From Octopus vulgaris (Eukaryota), in contig OX597816.1 of the NCBI GenBank assembly GCA_951406725.2, positions 164,300,001 through 164,364,000 of the forward strand: DNA of 64,000 nt. Direction: 5' to 3'. The notes beneath the pieces are model-generated. The model did not search any database. It saw only the letters and a program-made list of their open reading frames with translations, and had not been told where the DNA came from. Shown here in pieces: positions 12,221-27,641 of this stretch. Made by a program: the position numbers and the translations under genes. Within the stretch, counting starts at the first letter, position 1. Each line of letters begins with the position of its first letter.

Positions 12221-12628
12221 CATTAATAATAATAATGATGATGATGATGATAATGATGATAATAATAATAATAATAACAACCCATTATGAACACTAAACG
12301 AATCAATATTTAGCCAGTCAGTAAACAGTATGTAAGGATTAAGTAAATATCTAGGTATGTAAATTTTAAATAAACATTCTTCTTAGCCTGTTAAGTAATA
12401 TTATTTTAATACACATTAAAACACACATACACACTCGTTTTAAAGGTGAGAATATAATATTGAGATGGGGAAGAGATGTGTTCTAGATAGCATCTTGCAC
12501 CTTTTTGAGGTTTCTTACTCTACACAACAACACTGGATGTTGTGCTGAGCACTCGAAATGCATAAGAGAGAAATATATATATAGGTGTGCTATCTATCTA
12601 TCTATCCTATCTAGCCATCCATCCATCC

Positions 12629-12666
<38 letters not shown>

Positions 12667-12790
12667 GCGCGCATAAAGAAAATATAGATGTTAACAAGTG
12701 TGTATATCTAGGATGTAACAGTCTATACATATATAGATGTATGGATATCAGTATATATTTTCATTTTCACACATGTATATAAACGTATTA

Positions 12791-12828
<38 letters not shown>

Positions 12829-13689
12829 TAAAAATACGGTTTGCGTAACCTGAATGCCAGACAAAATATATTTTATTGGGCTCATTGTTTTCAATAAAGA
12901 AATAACACACACACAGATAGAACTATACATAAATATATATATATATATATTACACACACCGAGTTTTGTTCGCACATGTAATAGTTTAAAGTCGATGGCA
13001 TAAAGCTGAGGTAAATATCTATTATGTGCTCCATGATAAAAATATGTAGACAAAAACAAAATTAAAAACGAATATGAGATATAACAACTGAAAGAAATAA
13101 GCTATTCCGTAGAACACCAACCACCATATATATATATATATATATATATTTTATTTTATCTAGTTTCAGCTCACGAGCTGTGGCCATGCTATATATATAT
13201 GATGTATACTCACACAGAAGACCAGTAAGGAGAGACTGAATACTTAAAATAGTCGTATATATTATTTACAACTCTAAGGAAATTTATTTATTCGTAAGGT
13301 AGCGTGTGTGTGTGTGTGTGTGTTCATATATCATGTGCCAGTAAATATACATTTAGTTGTGTGTGTGCCTACGTACACAATAGTATATGTACATTTATGT
13401 ATCATATATATATATATGTATGTATTTGCATAGAGTTTGAGAATCGCTACAAATCAAAGATTATCGGTAGAGTAAAATGGTAAACAACACGGCAGTATGT
13501 TTAAAGATTCCTTTTCTTTTTTGTTTCTGTTATTGGACACGATAATTATTTTTATATATTTGTTACATTATGTGATTTAGGTCCATCTTTATCAAATATT
13601 AAAAATTTAGTTAAGAATTAGGGGAACAAAAATTAGAAACGAAAACAACTTCTTGTCATTCTATGGGTAGTTAAAAACGTTTGTGTATA

Positions 13690-13754
<65 letters not shown>

Positions 13755-13902
13755 TGTCGTGGATTCCCACTTCGGCATCTGAAACTCAGAGTTTTATCTT
13801 GACTACCGAGTAATGTAACATTATTTTATAGATAAAATTTCCTCTATTTACATAATATTGAGGTCTCTTGCTTTAGCCCGATTTTGTTATCTTACGGTTT
13901 TA

Positions 13903-13959
<57 letters not shown>

Positions 13960-13964
13960 TTATA

Positions 13965-14092
13965 AATAAGGATAATATCGATATTATGAAGTGGCCAGCA
14001 TGGGAATAAATACCATACAAAGGTAATAATGCCGAAATAGCAGTCAAATCCCTGGCTCTAAAAACCACCTAAAATGTTCATATCGCACCACG
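13965..14092 (+). repeat. Short (TA)n-embedded interspersed cassette related to 44450-44650
   Basis: GTGG.CAGCATGGGAATAAA.ACC..CAAAGGTAATAAT and GAAATAGCA..CTCTAAAA..AAATGTTC are shared with the 44.5 kb copy. Confidence 0.65.
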
Positions 14093-14102
14093 TATATATA
14101 TT

Positions 14103-14141
<39 letters not shown>

Positions 14142-14746
14142 GTGTTTAGAATCATATACGTGATTCAAGATCGAAGCGTTTCGTACAAAAGGCATTTATC
14201 AAGCGTATGTATATATGTGTTTTCAATACACATCTATCTATATATATCTACATATCTACATACGCACACATATTACATGGATTCGTTCTGCTATGTATAT
14301 TCGCCTGCGCGCGTGTGTCGAAGAGGGAGCGTCACTATGTCTGACAGACATGTTCAGTTTAAACAACCTCCTTACTACCTTACCTTTTTAACATCTTCCA
14401 CTTCATCCCAATGTCATTATCATCCCTTGCTATTATAAGTCTCACTGTTTTAGGTCGCTGGATTTGTTATTAACTCAATTCTTTTCTGCAAGACCCAACT
14501 ATGTCTGTCAGTTCTATTAAACAAGCCAGGGTGGTACATATGTATGAATGTGTGTACGCCACTACGTTATAGCTTAGTTGGGGTTTTGTTCTTGCATGTG
14601 TGTGATGAGTACATATGCTGACGTTATAGCATATTTCTTCAATAGTAGGTGTGTATGTGTGTGTGTGTTTGCAATGAGCTAAGAGTTCAACGTGCCCAAT
14701 GGCATGTGTATGAGCAAAGATACTCATACGTTATGTATGTGTGTGT

Positions 14747-15451
<705 letters not shown>

Positions 15452-16075
15452 GTGACGTAGGTGATTTATTAAAACCTAAAGGCAAATTTATAAACGTCAC
15501 TAAAGAGACAAGGGTACAAAGTGGTACCAGCATTCCTACAAATATGTCAAAATGTATTTATATATACATACACGCATATCTTGTAGCAAATATAGTTGTA
15601 CCAATAAGTTATATTTAATGAATAATTTTTCTTTTGTCAAAACTGGGGTCTTGTACTTTTGTACTTTTTCGAATTTCAACAACAATTATTACAAGAACGA
15701 GGACAATATTATTGTTTGCATTATATATTATTGTTATTGCAATAACTGTTATAGCAGTTATTAGAAAAATACGGACAATACTAATATTAGTATTATTCAT
15801 ATTCATTCTTGTTCGCTTTTGAATAACTATCACATTTTTAAACCTTAAAATATCGATCTCTTCCCTGCGAAAAAGAAAAGGTGGCGGGGAACATCACTCT
15901 GACACGATTTACAAAATTGTTACTATATTACTAGCAATAAACACTTGAAAATTTAATGGCACGATATAAATTCGAATTGTGTCAGGTATATATATATATT
16001 TATATATATATACACACGCACACACATATGAGAGAGTTTTATATATATGTATATATAAATATAGATAGATAGTTT

Positions 16076-16116
<41 letters not shown>

Positions 16117-17489
16117 CTTTTATTATATACATTATAGATCTGTGATATTTAAGAATACGAATTTGCAATTTGCAAGAAATTACGTTTCAAATGTTCCTGT
16201 GTAAGTAATATGGACAGCCATTTTATGACCACCCTAAATTAATTATACTGAGAGAGCACTTATTTTCTTATTTAACACCAATATGTATATGCATATATAT
16301 TTATATATGTGTGTGTATACACATAGATTAATGTTAAAGAATTTTTATTTTTAAGTCGAAACAATACAAGTTCTAAAGAAATAATCCAATAATATAAGAA
16401 GGTGGTTTATTCTTATTACAATGTGTATTAATATTTTAATATTGAAATTTTAGGTAAAAGTGTGCAAAACCATCAATTTGCATTATTTCGTATAAGTCAC
16501 ATTATTTCGATTTAAAAAAAGAAACGAAAAAAAAAAAACTGTTTACACGCACATATTTGGATGTTTGCAAAAAGGAACCGTAGTGAATTCACAAGAAGCA
16601 TGACATTTATTTCTGTATTTTACTGAGACGGGGTTCTTCACTGCATTGATATGCTTTTAGGCATCACACTTCGCCAAAACGCGCAAGAACGTGTGCGTAA
16701 TATATATATATATATATATATATATACGCACAGATCTATTTACAAAGATATATGTACACATACAGAACTAGTTTCATCATAGATTTCACAGAATATTTTT
16801 TACACACAATACTATGTTTACTTCTTACAGAATTAGATATATATATATATATATATAAATATGTGCACAATATATTATATACTTACATGAGGTAAAAATA
16901 TTTTTCAATCTCACTCACTGATCGCGGCATTCGATACCATTTTATAATTCAAATTCTTTCTTTTGAAAACGAATTACTGAATTTGGTCGTGTATCTGTTT
17001 AAATGATTGTTATACGGAGTAAACACTGAAGGTGATCGATTTGCTAGGAAAATTATTAATTATTATAACGTAAAAATATTTTTTAAGTAATAAATTTAGA
17101 GGGATTTTTGTAATTTTGTGCCATTTTTTAAAGTTGTCAACAACAAACCAAGGAACACAGTGCATGAGAAGACTGCTATCATTGTAAAACAATAACCGGT
17201 GTCATACTCTAAATAGTTGACCACTTTATGAAATACCATATGTGAACAGAAATGTCTGTATTCATATAACATATATAAAACATGTAATATATTTATAAGT
17301 ATGTGTGTGTGTGTGTGTCTGTCCGCGCCTTTATAATTTTTAATTCTGTGTATTTATTTTTAAGTGTGTGTACCATTTTATATTGATGTTGGATGGCATA
17401 AGGAGCAAATTTTAAACTCGAAGATGGATCCCTATCTAAAATATAATGTATGCATGTTTGATTATTTCTGTCTAACCACCTGTCTCTCT

Positions 17490-17660
<171 letters not shown>

Positions 17661-18049
17661 CCACACACACACGCATATAAATCGTAAATTCTGTATACAT
17701 ATAAATGCATATACAGGTTCATATGTATATATGTTCATATATTTACATATGTATATAATCTCTACACACAAAACAAATATGTACATAGATGCATGTAACT
17801 ATGTGTACGTATATGTATGTATACATTGTATGTACGTGTATATTTATATATACATAGTAGAGCCGGATTTCGATGAAGAGATACCGCCGGTTATTCCACG
17901 TGTGTGGTCCCTTTCCACTACCCAACATCACGACAAGAAAGATAATACACCCTTGACCCAGAGGGTCGTTCTTTTCTCATTGTCAGGTCGTAGATTTTAG
18001 CATGCCAAGACTTATGTAAATGAACTCTCCCTCCCCCCCTCACACACAC

Positions 18050-18088
<39 letters not shown>

Positions 18089-18353
18089 CGCTCATAATCG
18101 TAATGACGTTAGAAAAAAATGTACTTCTTAAAAATTTGGTCAGCTGAAGCAATGGCTACTAGTAAGTAGTTCGATACGAAGAAAAAAAAATGTTTCTAGC
18201 ATCATTTAGTTTGTCAGATCGCCATGATAGTATAAAATTCTTAGGGTTGAAAAATAAAAAAAAAAGCTAATAAGAAAAGTGCTATTTGATTTTGTTGTGA
18301 ATTCTTAAATTTTTCTGGCAAGGAAATTAACTTACTAGTATAGTGTAAATATA

Positions 18354-18413
<60 letters not shown>

Positions 18414-18740
18414 GTGTGTGTATGTGTATATATATATGTGTATGTGTATATATATGTATATGTGTATATATATATGTGTGTATGTGTATATATATATGTG
18501 TGTATGTGTATATATATATGTGTGTATGTGTATATATATATATGTATATGTGTATATATATATGTGTGTATGTGTATATATATATGTGTGTATGTGTATA
18601 TATATATATGTATATGTGTATATATATATGTGTGTATGTGTATATATATATATGTATATGTGTATATATATATGTGTATGTGTATATATATATGTGTGTA
18701 TGTGTATATATATATGTGTGTGTATATATATATGTGTATG

Positions 18741-18771
<31 letters not shown>

Positions 18772-18838
18772 ATATGTGTGTGTATGTATGTGTATATATA
18801 TGTGTGTGTATATATATATGTGTGTGTGTATATATATA

Positions 18839-18882
<44 letters not shown>
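18354..18882. repeat. TG/TA compound minisatellite
   Basis: Recurrent TGTGTGTATGTGTATATATATA-type units. Confidence 0.95.
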
Positions 18883-18883
<1 letters not shown>

Positions 18884-19162
18884 ACGTGGATTTTAAAACG
18901 CACATATATTTTAGTCCTCAATTAACAATCGTTTTGCGAATGTGTATCAAAAAAAAAAAAAAAAAAAAAAAAAAGCAAACAGTCATCAGAATTACAATCT
19001 TACGTAAAATATCTCCAAGAGAGGAAATTCTTACTAAATCACTATGACTAGTCAATTACTTTGGTTTCCATTCAAACGATATTTTATTTATCTATCTATT
19101 TATTTACTTTTGTTACGATAAACAATCACTAACTACTCGATACAAATGAAATGCTGACGAGC

Positions 19163-19201
<39 letters not shown>

Positions 19202-19365
19202 GACACATACATCAGTTTGTGTGTAAGATCGTCCTATATCGTATATTCTCTATCACTTTCCTCTCAGTTTTTCAATGCCGCTCTAATGGCATTTAATCAT
19301 ACACTATCCTATTCTGTACCTGTATGAAAACACAAACATATACACACGCACCAACGTACATACAT

Positions 19366-19398
<33 letters not shown>

Positions 19399-19943
19399 CA
19401 TACATCTATATATATATACATACATACATCTATATATATATATATATATTGTGTATATATATATTCTAGGACTTAGACGGAAAACAGGTTTGATTTGCCG
19501 ATTTGGGGTTTATATATATGCACACATGAAAATTCCCCAGAAATGTATTTGAAATACCCTTATATTTTGTATGTGATTCACATGGAAACTGAATAAGCCC
19601 GTTGAGTAGATTGTACTTGCAATTCAAAAACAGTTTCCACTCACACATTGTCATGTCATTCCAGCTGATAAATATATACACACATACACACACACGTGTG
19701 TGTTTCTCACCTCCTCTGCGTTAATTTAATAATGAGATCGCAAAACTGAAGTCTCGTTCAACGACGGAGATCCCAACGCAGGGTTTATAAAAATGTTTCA
19801 TCTCTGGTAGAATCTTGACAAAAGAGTAATTCTTTGTGTATGGGTTTCATGATAAAAAGCGTTCTTCAGATTCCTTCTTCATATGTGGACTTACACGTTT
19901 TTTATTGCTTCCAATGTGCGGACATCCAGCACATATCTTAGAC

Positions 19944-20564
19944 TAGTGGTTCTCAACCGCGGTCCTTATAACCCTCGGTGGGGTCAATGTTAGGTTTTGT
20001 TAAAATCTTTTTTTTATTTTACTTGTTTCAGTCATTTGACTGCGGTCATGCTGGAGTACCGTCTTTAGTCGAACAAATCGACCCCAGGACTTAATCTTTG
20101 TAACTCTAGTACTTTTCTACTTTTCTATCGAACCTTTTTTTTTGTTGAACCGCTAAGTTACGGGGACGTAAACACATCAACATCGGTTGTCAAGCGATGG
20201 TGACACACACACAACGGTCTTTTAATTTCTGTCTACCAAATCTACTCACAAGGCTTTGGTCAGCCTGAGACCGTAGTAGAAAACATTTGTCCAAGGTGCC
20301 ACGCAGTGAGACTGAACCTAGAACCATTTGGTTGAGAAACCAGCTTCGTACCACACAACTCTGTAATAAATTGTTTATACTTCTATAATACATTAAAAAA
20401 AATGTGACAATGTTTTTTTTATACAGTTCCTAATAATATCTAATCATAAAAATGTGTTTTTTTTTTTTTTTAAATATTGTATCGTTATGAAGCTCCATCA
20501 GAGCAAAGCAGAAATCAAAAGGGTTCCAGAAATATATTTTTAAACATTTGGTTGCGAAACACTG
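19944..20564. mobile_element. hAT (Charlie-like) MITE with nested SINE B
   Basis: Termini TAGTGGTTCTCAACC / GGTTGCGAAACACTG; degenerate 8-bp flanks TCTTAGAC / GTTCAGAA. Confidence 0.7.
20017..20360 (-). mobile_element. SINE B
   Basis: Reverse complement of the B consensus from tail (TTTTACTTGTTTCAGTCATTTGAC) to head. Confidence 0.88.
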
Positions 20565-20850
20565 GTTCAGAACATAATCACGTATGTATGTACGTTTATT
20601 ATAGCAAACGTCATAACATTGATGTTGACGGTGATCGTTGTTGTGGTACTAGTGGTTGTGATGTTATGAGAGGACCATTCAAATGCGTTTCGATGCAAAC
20701 AGGTATACAAAAACATAGTCCTTCTGTGACCAATGAAAGTAAACGTGGCTAGATAACACGGATAGAGGTCTGTTTTGATGGTTTTGTAGGTGAGAATTGA
20801 ATGAAGGATTTGTGACAGGTTACAGAAGAAATTGCAAAGCAGTTTTATAT

Positions 20851-21092
20851 TAGTGGTTCTCAGCCTTGGAGGAGGTCCAAATAAAAACTGTGTTGCTGAA
20901 GTTTCTGCAATAGATCGTTTATACTTCTACTAAGCACAAGCAATTCCAGCAATTGTTTAATACAATTCCTAAAAACATGTGATTATAAAGATATAATAGG
21001 ACTTTTTAAAACATCGATTAACTTACAAGGGTCCACCTAAAGAAAGTAGGAATGAAAGGAGTCTATAGGCAAAATATGGTTGAAAACTACTG
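20851..21092. mobile_element. Second hAT-like MITE of the same family
   Basis: TAGTGGTTCTCAGCC / GGTTGAAAACTACTG; internal GTTTATACTTCTA shared with the preceding MITE. Confidence 0.65.
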
Positions 21093-21659
21093 ACAGACTT
21101 TACAATACTTTGTGCATGTGCGCAAGAGAGAGAGAGAAAGAGAAGAGGGATTCTTTCAAAACGGACATAAGGGAAAATGTTATCTTCAGAGTGAAGGCCT
21201 AGCCAGAATGTTTGTATGTTTATGATAGTATAGCTATTAGTTGTATGTCACCTTAGTTGTGCATGTATCTGTATATGTTTACGTAAGTTTACATAAAAAC
21301 TTGTGCATGTCGATACATAACTGTGTAGATTTATGTATGCACAACTATCGGCAGAATTGTGCGACTGCTCAAAAATTGGAGATAACTTAAAAGAATTTTG
21401 AAAAAGCATCTGTTTACGAATATGAATTCTGAATTTGCTGTATGATTCGAAATACGATTTATAAAAACTTTCAGTGTGAAGCAGTTAACGAAGTTTTGTA
21501 GGGGTGGTGGCACTGTTGGCATATACACATCATGTGTGTGTATTTTAAACTATGCGTGCGTCACATTTTGTGTGTCTGTGTGTATGTGTGTGTAATAATG
21601 TAAAGCGATGAAACAATTGTAAACGATATATGAAAATGATTTGCTAGCTTTTCGATACT

Positions 21660-21693
<34 letters not shown>

Positions 21694-22289
21694 CGTTTAT
21701 ACGTAAATTATAGTTTATATACGGTATATAAATTGTTAGATACGCTGTGTGTGTGTGTGTATATATATAGATATCTATAGATATGTGTATATATCGTGTA
21801 TTCCCATATATATATATATGTGTGTGTGTGTATTTCTTTTTATAACTTCGTTCTGAAACTATGTTGCAACAAGGTTTTTCCCTTTCCTTCTTTTTCTCGA
21901 CCTTCGTCTGTATTTCTGTATGTATGTATGTATGTATGTATGTATGTGCGCGCGCGTTCGCATATAATAACGACGACTACTACAGCGGTGATGGTGGTGC
22001 TGATGAAGATGGTTATAAAATTTGTGTCAGTGTGTTGTCGATGTGAGTGTGTCAAGTCTGAATTGTAGGAGAGAGAAGGAAGAAGAAAAAGGAAAAAAAA
22101 AAGAGTCTGAGAACCGACCATGAACGTTCTACGTAAAGATGGTGTAGCTGTACTGCCATACTGGAAGGCTGGCTGGCTATCTGGCTGGCTGGTTAAGTAG
22201 TGCAGTGAGATCATCAAAGCACCGTATAGAAAAGCCGCCAACGTCGTCCAAAGCTGCCGGCTTCTGTTTAGCTGACAATAAAGACGTCG

Positions 22290-22325
<36 letters not shown>

Positions 22326-22399
22326 GTTATTATTTTATTTTTTTATCATGCATTGTTTTTTTCCTTGTATTTGGTCTGATATATTTTTCCTGACCCCAT

Positions 22400-22435
<36 letters not shown>

Positions 22436-23179
22436 TAGGTGTAAATAGAGGCGTTAAAAGGTGTGTATATTTAGTTCTTTCGATTTGTTTTTACCGTTAC
22501 AGACACGGCCATGCTGCAGCACAACCTTCACACAGAACCCCATATTATATTATTTTTTTTTACTGTGTATCTATACTTAGACTTCAGGTGTAAGGTTTTT
22601 ATGCTTGTCTAATATCGATGTGTGTGTGTGTGTGTATATTCTTTTACTTGCTGTAGCACCGCCTTCAATCGAACAGATCGACCCTAGGACTTATTCTTTG
22701 TAAGCCTAGTACTTATTCTATCGGGCTCTTTTGTCGAACCGCTAGGGTGTATAATAATTAGACACAGACACTCACACACATACACACAAACATATACGCG
22801 CACACACGCATATATATGTATACACACACACATGATAATCTTTGTGTCACATATATAAATAATTTAAAAGGAAACTGAAAAATTATTCACGTTTATGAAT
22901 TTTTTTACAAGCGTGGTTATGTCTCCAACACCACTCGACAACCGATGCTGGCATGTTTATCGCCTCGTAACTTAGCGGTTCAGTCAATTATACCGATAAA
23001 ATATAAGTAACGGGTTTCAAAAAGGAAGTACTGGCGTCCACACACACACACACACACTATTTAAGTGACAAACTCTACATGGATGGATGGATGGATAAAG
23101 TTAAAGAAGCAGGGTAGAGAAACTGCACCATCACTCGACCAGTTCTTAATTTCTGTCGTGTAGATGGGGTCATAGTGGA

Positions 23180-23290
23180 ATCAAGAGCCTTGCTCAAGGA
23201 CACACTGCACCGTCAGTTCCAGAAGGGTTCGTGCCCACGGCATTATGGTCGTTTGGTAATTACCCTAACCACTAGGCTACGAACCTTCAC
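23180..23290 (-). mobile_element. SINE C head fragment (tRNA/CORE-like)
   Basis: GCCTTGCTCAAGGACACAC..CCCTAACCACTAGGCTACG..CCTTCAC. Confidence 0.6.
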
Positions 23291-23620
23291 TAAGTACCAA
23301 ATATCTAAATGTTCTTCGATTGGCAGATTGTGCAATCGATTGACGTTCTGGGTTCGAATTTGGCCATCGTAATGTTGATGTTATCATTCTTCCGAGATCG
23401 TTGGGTCGCATAAAATGCATTACTATCCTTCTCCAGAAATAACTCGACCAAAACACACATTCAAAGGGGCCCGGTAAACAGTTATGCCCGAGGGCTCTGG
23501 CACAAGCTAATCAATCGAGTCGATGTAATCAACTTATCCCCGTCCCCAAGCTGCTGGCCTTTGAAAAAATTCTTTAGAAATAAGTAAAAACTAAAGATTT
23601 ACAGAAAATTGGTAATCTTT

Positions 23621-23667
<47 letters not shown>

Positions 23668-23672
<5 letters not shown>

Positions 23673-24150
23673 CATATGTGGAAAATCGGTGTGTTTGTTT
23701 GTGGCATTGTTAGCTAACTCCCCCTACATCGTTTTATTGATTTTGATGAAACTTGACACGTGGGTAGAACTCATGAATGGAAACCTTGTGACATAATTAG
23801 ATTGTTGAAAAAAATTGATAATACGGCCCCTGAAAGGGACCTTTATATCTATCTCATATAACTATTTTTAAACACACAAGGGAAATAACCCATAGCACCT
23901 GTACAATATTTTTTAAAACACTCAAGAGAAATAACCCATTTCATTGTTTATGTTCGATTACTTTGAATATTGATTTTTTTTTTTTTTGTCTGTCCTATTT
24001 CTTATCACTTTTATACTTTGACACGTGAGTAGAACTCATGTCTGGAAACCTCGTGACATACTTGGATTGTTGAAAAAAAAATCGATAATAGGGCCCTTCC
24101 AGTGGATCCTATCTACTGCATATTACTAATATTTTAAACAACCCAAGGCA
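23668..24150 (+). mobile_element. Helitron-like repeat with internal duplication
   Basis: GATTTTGATGAAACTTGACAC resembles the Helitron copies (GATTCTGATGAAACTTGACAC); TTGACACGTG.GTAGAACTCATG..GATAATA.GGCCC occurs at ~23753 and ~24018. No 3' terminus found. Confidence 0.5.
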
Positions 24151-24737
24151 TACCATCTGCAGATTTTACCGAAGGGATCAGTATTTGATTCTCACGATTA
24201 GCCGACCTAATTATGCATTTCACTACTCATTGTTTCGAACTGCTAAACATTATTATTGCACCTCCTTACTTTGAAACTTAAACATTAAACGCTTCATTCA
24301 TACATTTCTATACATACATACTTTTTTGAATGCCCATTACTCTGATAATTCTGCATTTTTACTTGTAAACTTTTCCATGACAGTAGATAAATTTTTTATT
24401 CCACAACGTATTTGTAGTGGCTTCATGTAGACATAGCGTGGATTCGATCCTCGATTGCCAAATTTCACTGAACACTTAACAACAGCGCTTTTCTCACGGT
24501 AAAACAATAGTTTTTCTGTGAATGACAGCAGTTATACATTTCCCAGATGCCTTCGCTAAGCAGAATAATGTCTCTGCTTCTCGCGAACCTCCAACAATCT
24601 CTCCCTCCTCCAGCCGACAGTTTTTTGTACTTTTTCGTGGTGGAAAATACATTCTGTGGCAGTTATAACGAAATTGCTTTCTTATATCAGAGTAATTAGG
24701 CGTTTCAGTAGAACATCTTTACCCCCCGAGAATTCCC

Positions 24738-25010
24738 GATGCTAGTGTGTTTACGTCCCTGCCACTTAGCGCTTCGGCAAAAAGATATCCGATAAAATAA
24801 ATACTAGGCTTACAATGAATAAGTACTGGGGTCGATTTGTTCGACCTGAAAGGGACCTTTATATCTATCTCATATAACTATTTTAAACACACAAGGGAAA
24901 TAACCCATAGCACCTGTACAATATTTTTTAAAACACTCAAGAGAAATAACCCATTTCATTGTTTATGTTCGATTACAGTCAAATGACTGAAACAAATGAA
25001 AATATAAGAG
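24738..25010 (+). mobile_element. SINE B 3' half carrying a 132-bp insertion copied from 23829-23961
   Basis: B sequence to GATTTGTTCGAC, then the duplicate segment, then resumes at AGTCAAATGACTGAAAC. Confidence 0.85.
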
Positions 25011-25685
25011 AATAATATCGAAAGACTTTTTACGGTTTGGGGGACACCAAATAATTTCCGACACTCTTCTCTACGAATGCCCTCAAAATTAATGCCACTT
25101 CGAAATAAATTCCTCAGTTTATGCTTGTAAGTAGAAAAGGTGATGGTAGTGGTGGTGGTGGTGGTGGTAGTAGTAGTAGATCTATGATAGCGCCCTCTTT
25201 GAATCAATGTCTTTAGAGGCTGACGAGAAAGAAGAGTAGAAGGAACGAATTGTAAAGAAATAAGTGGAAATAGACAAAAATGAAATAAAATAGGCCCCTA
25301 AAAACGTGTCTACCACTGACTGAGTGGGTCCTGATTATAGGGTGTATGTTTAAATTAAAAGGGACTACTGTACAACTTTTTAGGTTTGTGTGTGTGTGTG
25401 TGTGTGTGTGTGTAGACTGAGTAGTGAACATCGGTGAATAAAGATGAGAAATAAAGAATCTGAAGAGGAAAATAATTAAACTGAAAGAGAAGCGGGTGAG
25501 GGGAAAGAAAAGCTTAGAAGAGCGTGGCTGGTAATTAGAGTTCAAACAGGAGAGAGAGAGAGAGAGGAGAGGGAGAGATGGGGGTCGGGAAGGGGTGGTG
25601 GTCTGACGAGGAAAGAAAGAGAAAATAATGGAGAACCTGGCATATGGAGTTTCTAAAGCAGTCATAAATACATGTGTGTGTGTGT

Positions 25686-25792
25686 GTGTGTATACACACA
25701 TACTTGTGTGTATACACACATACTTGTGTGTATACACACATACTTGTGTATATATACACATACTTGTGTATACATACATATACTTGTGTATA
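25686..25792. repeat. 20-bp tandem repeat (TGTGTATACACACATACTTG) x~5
   Basis: Direct inspection. Confidence 0.9.
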
Positions 25793-25831
25793 CAAACACA
25801 TAAGTATAGGAGCTTAGATATAAGTTTTAAT

Positions 25832-26360
25832 CTTGTTTGGCAGTTGACTGTGGCCATACTGGGGCACCCTCTTTGAAGAATTATTAGTCGAATAAAACGA
25901 CCCAAAGTACTTTTTTTTTTTTTTGCTTTGAAAGCCTGGTATGTATTCTGTCGGTCACTTTTGCCGAACCGCTAGGTCATGGGGACGTAAACACTCCAGC
26001 ATCGGTTGTCGAGTGGTTTGGAACCCCCCCCCCACATGTATATATATATATATATATATATGTGTGTATGTGTGTGTATATATATGTGTGTGTATGTATG
26101 TATGTATGTGTGTGTGTGTGTATATATATGTGTGTGTGTGTGTGTGTATATATATGTGTGTGTATATATATATGTGTGTGTGTGTGTGTATATATATGTA
26201 TATATAGGACGGGCTTCTTTAAGCTTCCGTCCACCAAAACTACTCATAAGGGTTTGGTCGGCCTGAGGCTATAACCGAAGACACTTACCCAAAATGCCAC
26301 GCAGTGGGACTGAACCCAGAAGTATGGTGGTTGAGAAACTAACTTTTTACCATACAACCA
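25832..26360 (-). mobile_element. SINE B with expanded internal microsatellite
   Basis: Tail at ~25840, CCGAACCGCTA, head GCAGTGGGACTGAACCC at ~26300. Confidence 0.8.
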
Positions 26361-27063
26361 CCAGAACTTTTTTTTTTTTTAGTTCCCGTCTCTCCCATTT
26401 GAAGTTTTCCAACGATATATATATATATATATATATTGTAGCTGTGATGTGAGAAAATATTTCCTCCGATAAATATGCTACAGTAACTGTTAAAAAAAAC
26501 CGAGACACTTTATATTTATTGGTAGTAAGGTTATTAATTCTTGTTACGAAAATGCTCGTGTAAATCTAAAAAGGTCAGCTGCTGAATGTGCAAAAAAAAA
26601 AAAACGTTCTAAATTCTCGAATTCTTAATGAGTGCTACTGACGTTTTCTTTGAATGTCATGAAATCTAGGAGCGGCGGTCTTGATAAGTTTTTCCAATTA
26701 GTGATTCTAGAATATATAAATCATGTAATTCTAGGATGTAAGAATGTAATATGTAGAGAAGAAAGAAAAAGAACCAGCGGTGGTCTTCTTTAGAAACATG
26801 AAATAACATGGCCAAGGAATTGTTTGTGCTCGGCATACTAAGTATAAACATAGTAAGGTCATACAGAAATATATACTTATATTATTTATCTTTTACCTTA
26901 GTCATTTGACTGCGGCTATGCTGGGGGGCACTGATGTGGAGATTTTAGTCCAACAAATCAACCCCAGTGATGTTTTTAGAACCTGTATCTGTTCTGCCGA
27001 TCTCTTCTTGCGAAACCGCTTGCTTACGGGGATGTAAACAAAACTAACACCGGTGGTGGAAGA

Positions 27064-27124
<61 letters not shown>

Positions 27125-27139
27125 TAAATAAAACTTATG

Positions 27140-27465
27140 CATATATATATACATATATGTACGTACCTACCTCTACATGTATATATACACGCATATATGA
27201 GTACAGGACACCAAAAAAAGAAAACGTCGAACACAATGAGAAACGAAAACATAGACACAAACCCAAGGAACTGGACATTTTTTCTTAAACAACAAACAAA
27301 TAGAGTACAGGACAAATAACACAAGGAAAAAAAAACCCTTCTTCAGTCGCCATGGTTTCATCTACTCTCCGTTTCGAAGGTGAAGGCGAGACGTATCTTC
27401 GATAGAAACTTTCCTTCCTGCGAAAAGCAAATCAAATAAAATTTGAGATCTTTTCGCAGAGGGAT
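27140..27465 (-). repeat. (TA)n-embedded cassette with degenerate hammerhead-like motif and T-rich tail
   Basis: Minus: TTT-CTATCGA-AGA..TTC-GAAAC-GGAGA-GTA then TTGT-rich tail; architecture like the other cassettes. Confidence 0.4.
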
Positions 27466-27474
27466 ATATATATA

Positions 27475-27586
27475 GGGAGAATTTACGAAAAAACAAAAGA
27501 CGAAGACAGGTGGTGTACAGAACAAACAGATGTATTAGTATAACGCTCAGGAATAAAAAAAGTCTTTTACGTTTCGAGCCTACGCT

Positions 27587-27589
<3 letters not shown>
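27475..27589 (-). mobile_element. (TA)n-embedded cassette, truncated within its hammerhead-like motif
   Basis: Minus: AAGAGC-GTAG-GCTC-GAAAC-GTA-AAAGACTTT..TAATACATCTG..CACCTG.CTTCGTCTTTTG; homologous to 46278-46393. Confidence 0.75.

Positions 27590-27641
<52 letters not shown>

Noticed and set aside
15741-15795. Short AT-rich palindromes
   Set aside because: Expected by chance in AT-rich low-complexity DNA.
17860-17900. TTCGATGAAGAG as another hammerhead core
   Set aside because: No downstream GAAA/stem III at suitable spacing.
22120-22230. Short ORF MNVLRKDG.. and a bantam-like seed TGAGATCA
   Set aside because: No recognisable protein motif and no precursor hairpin.
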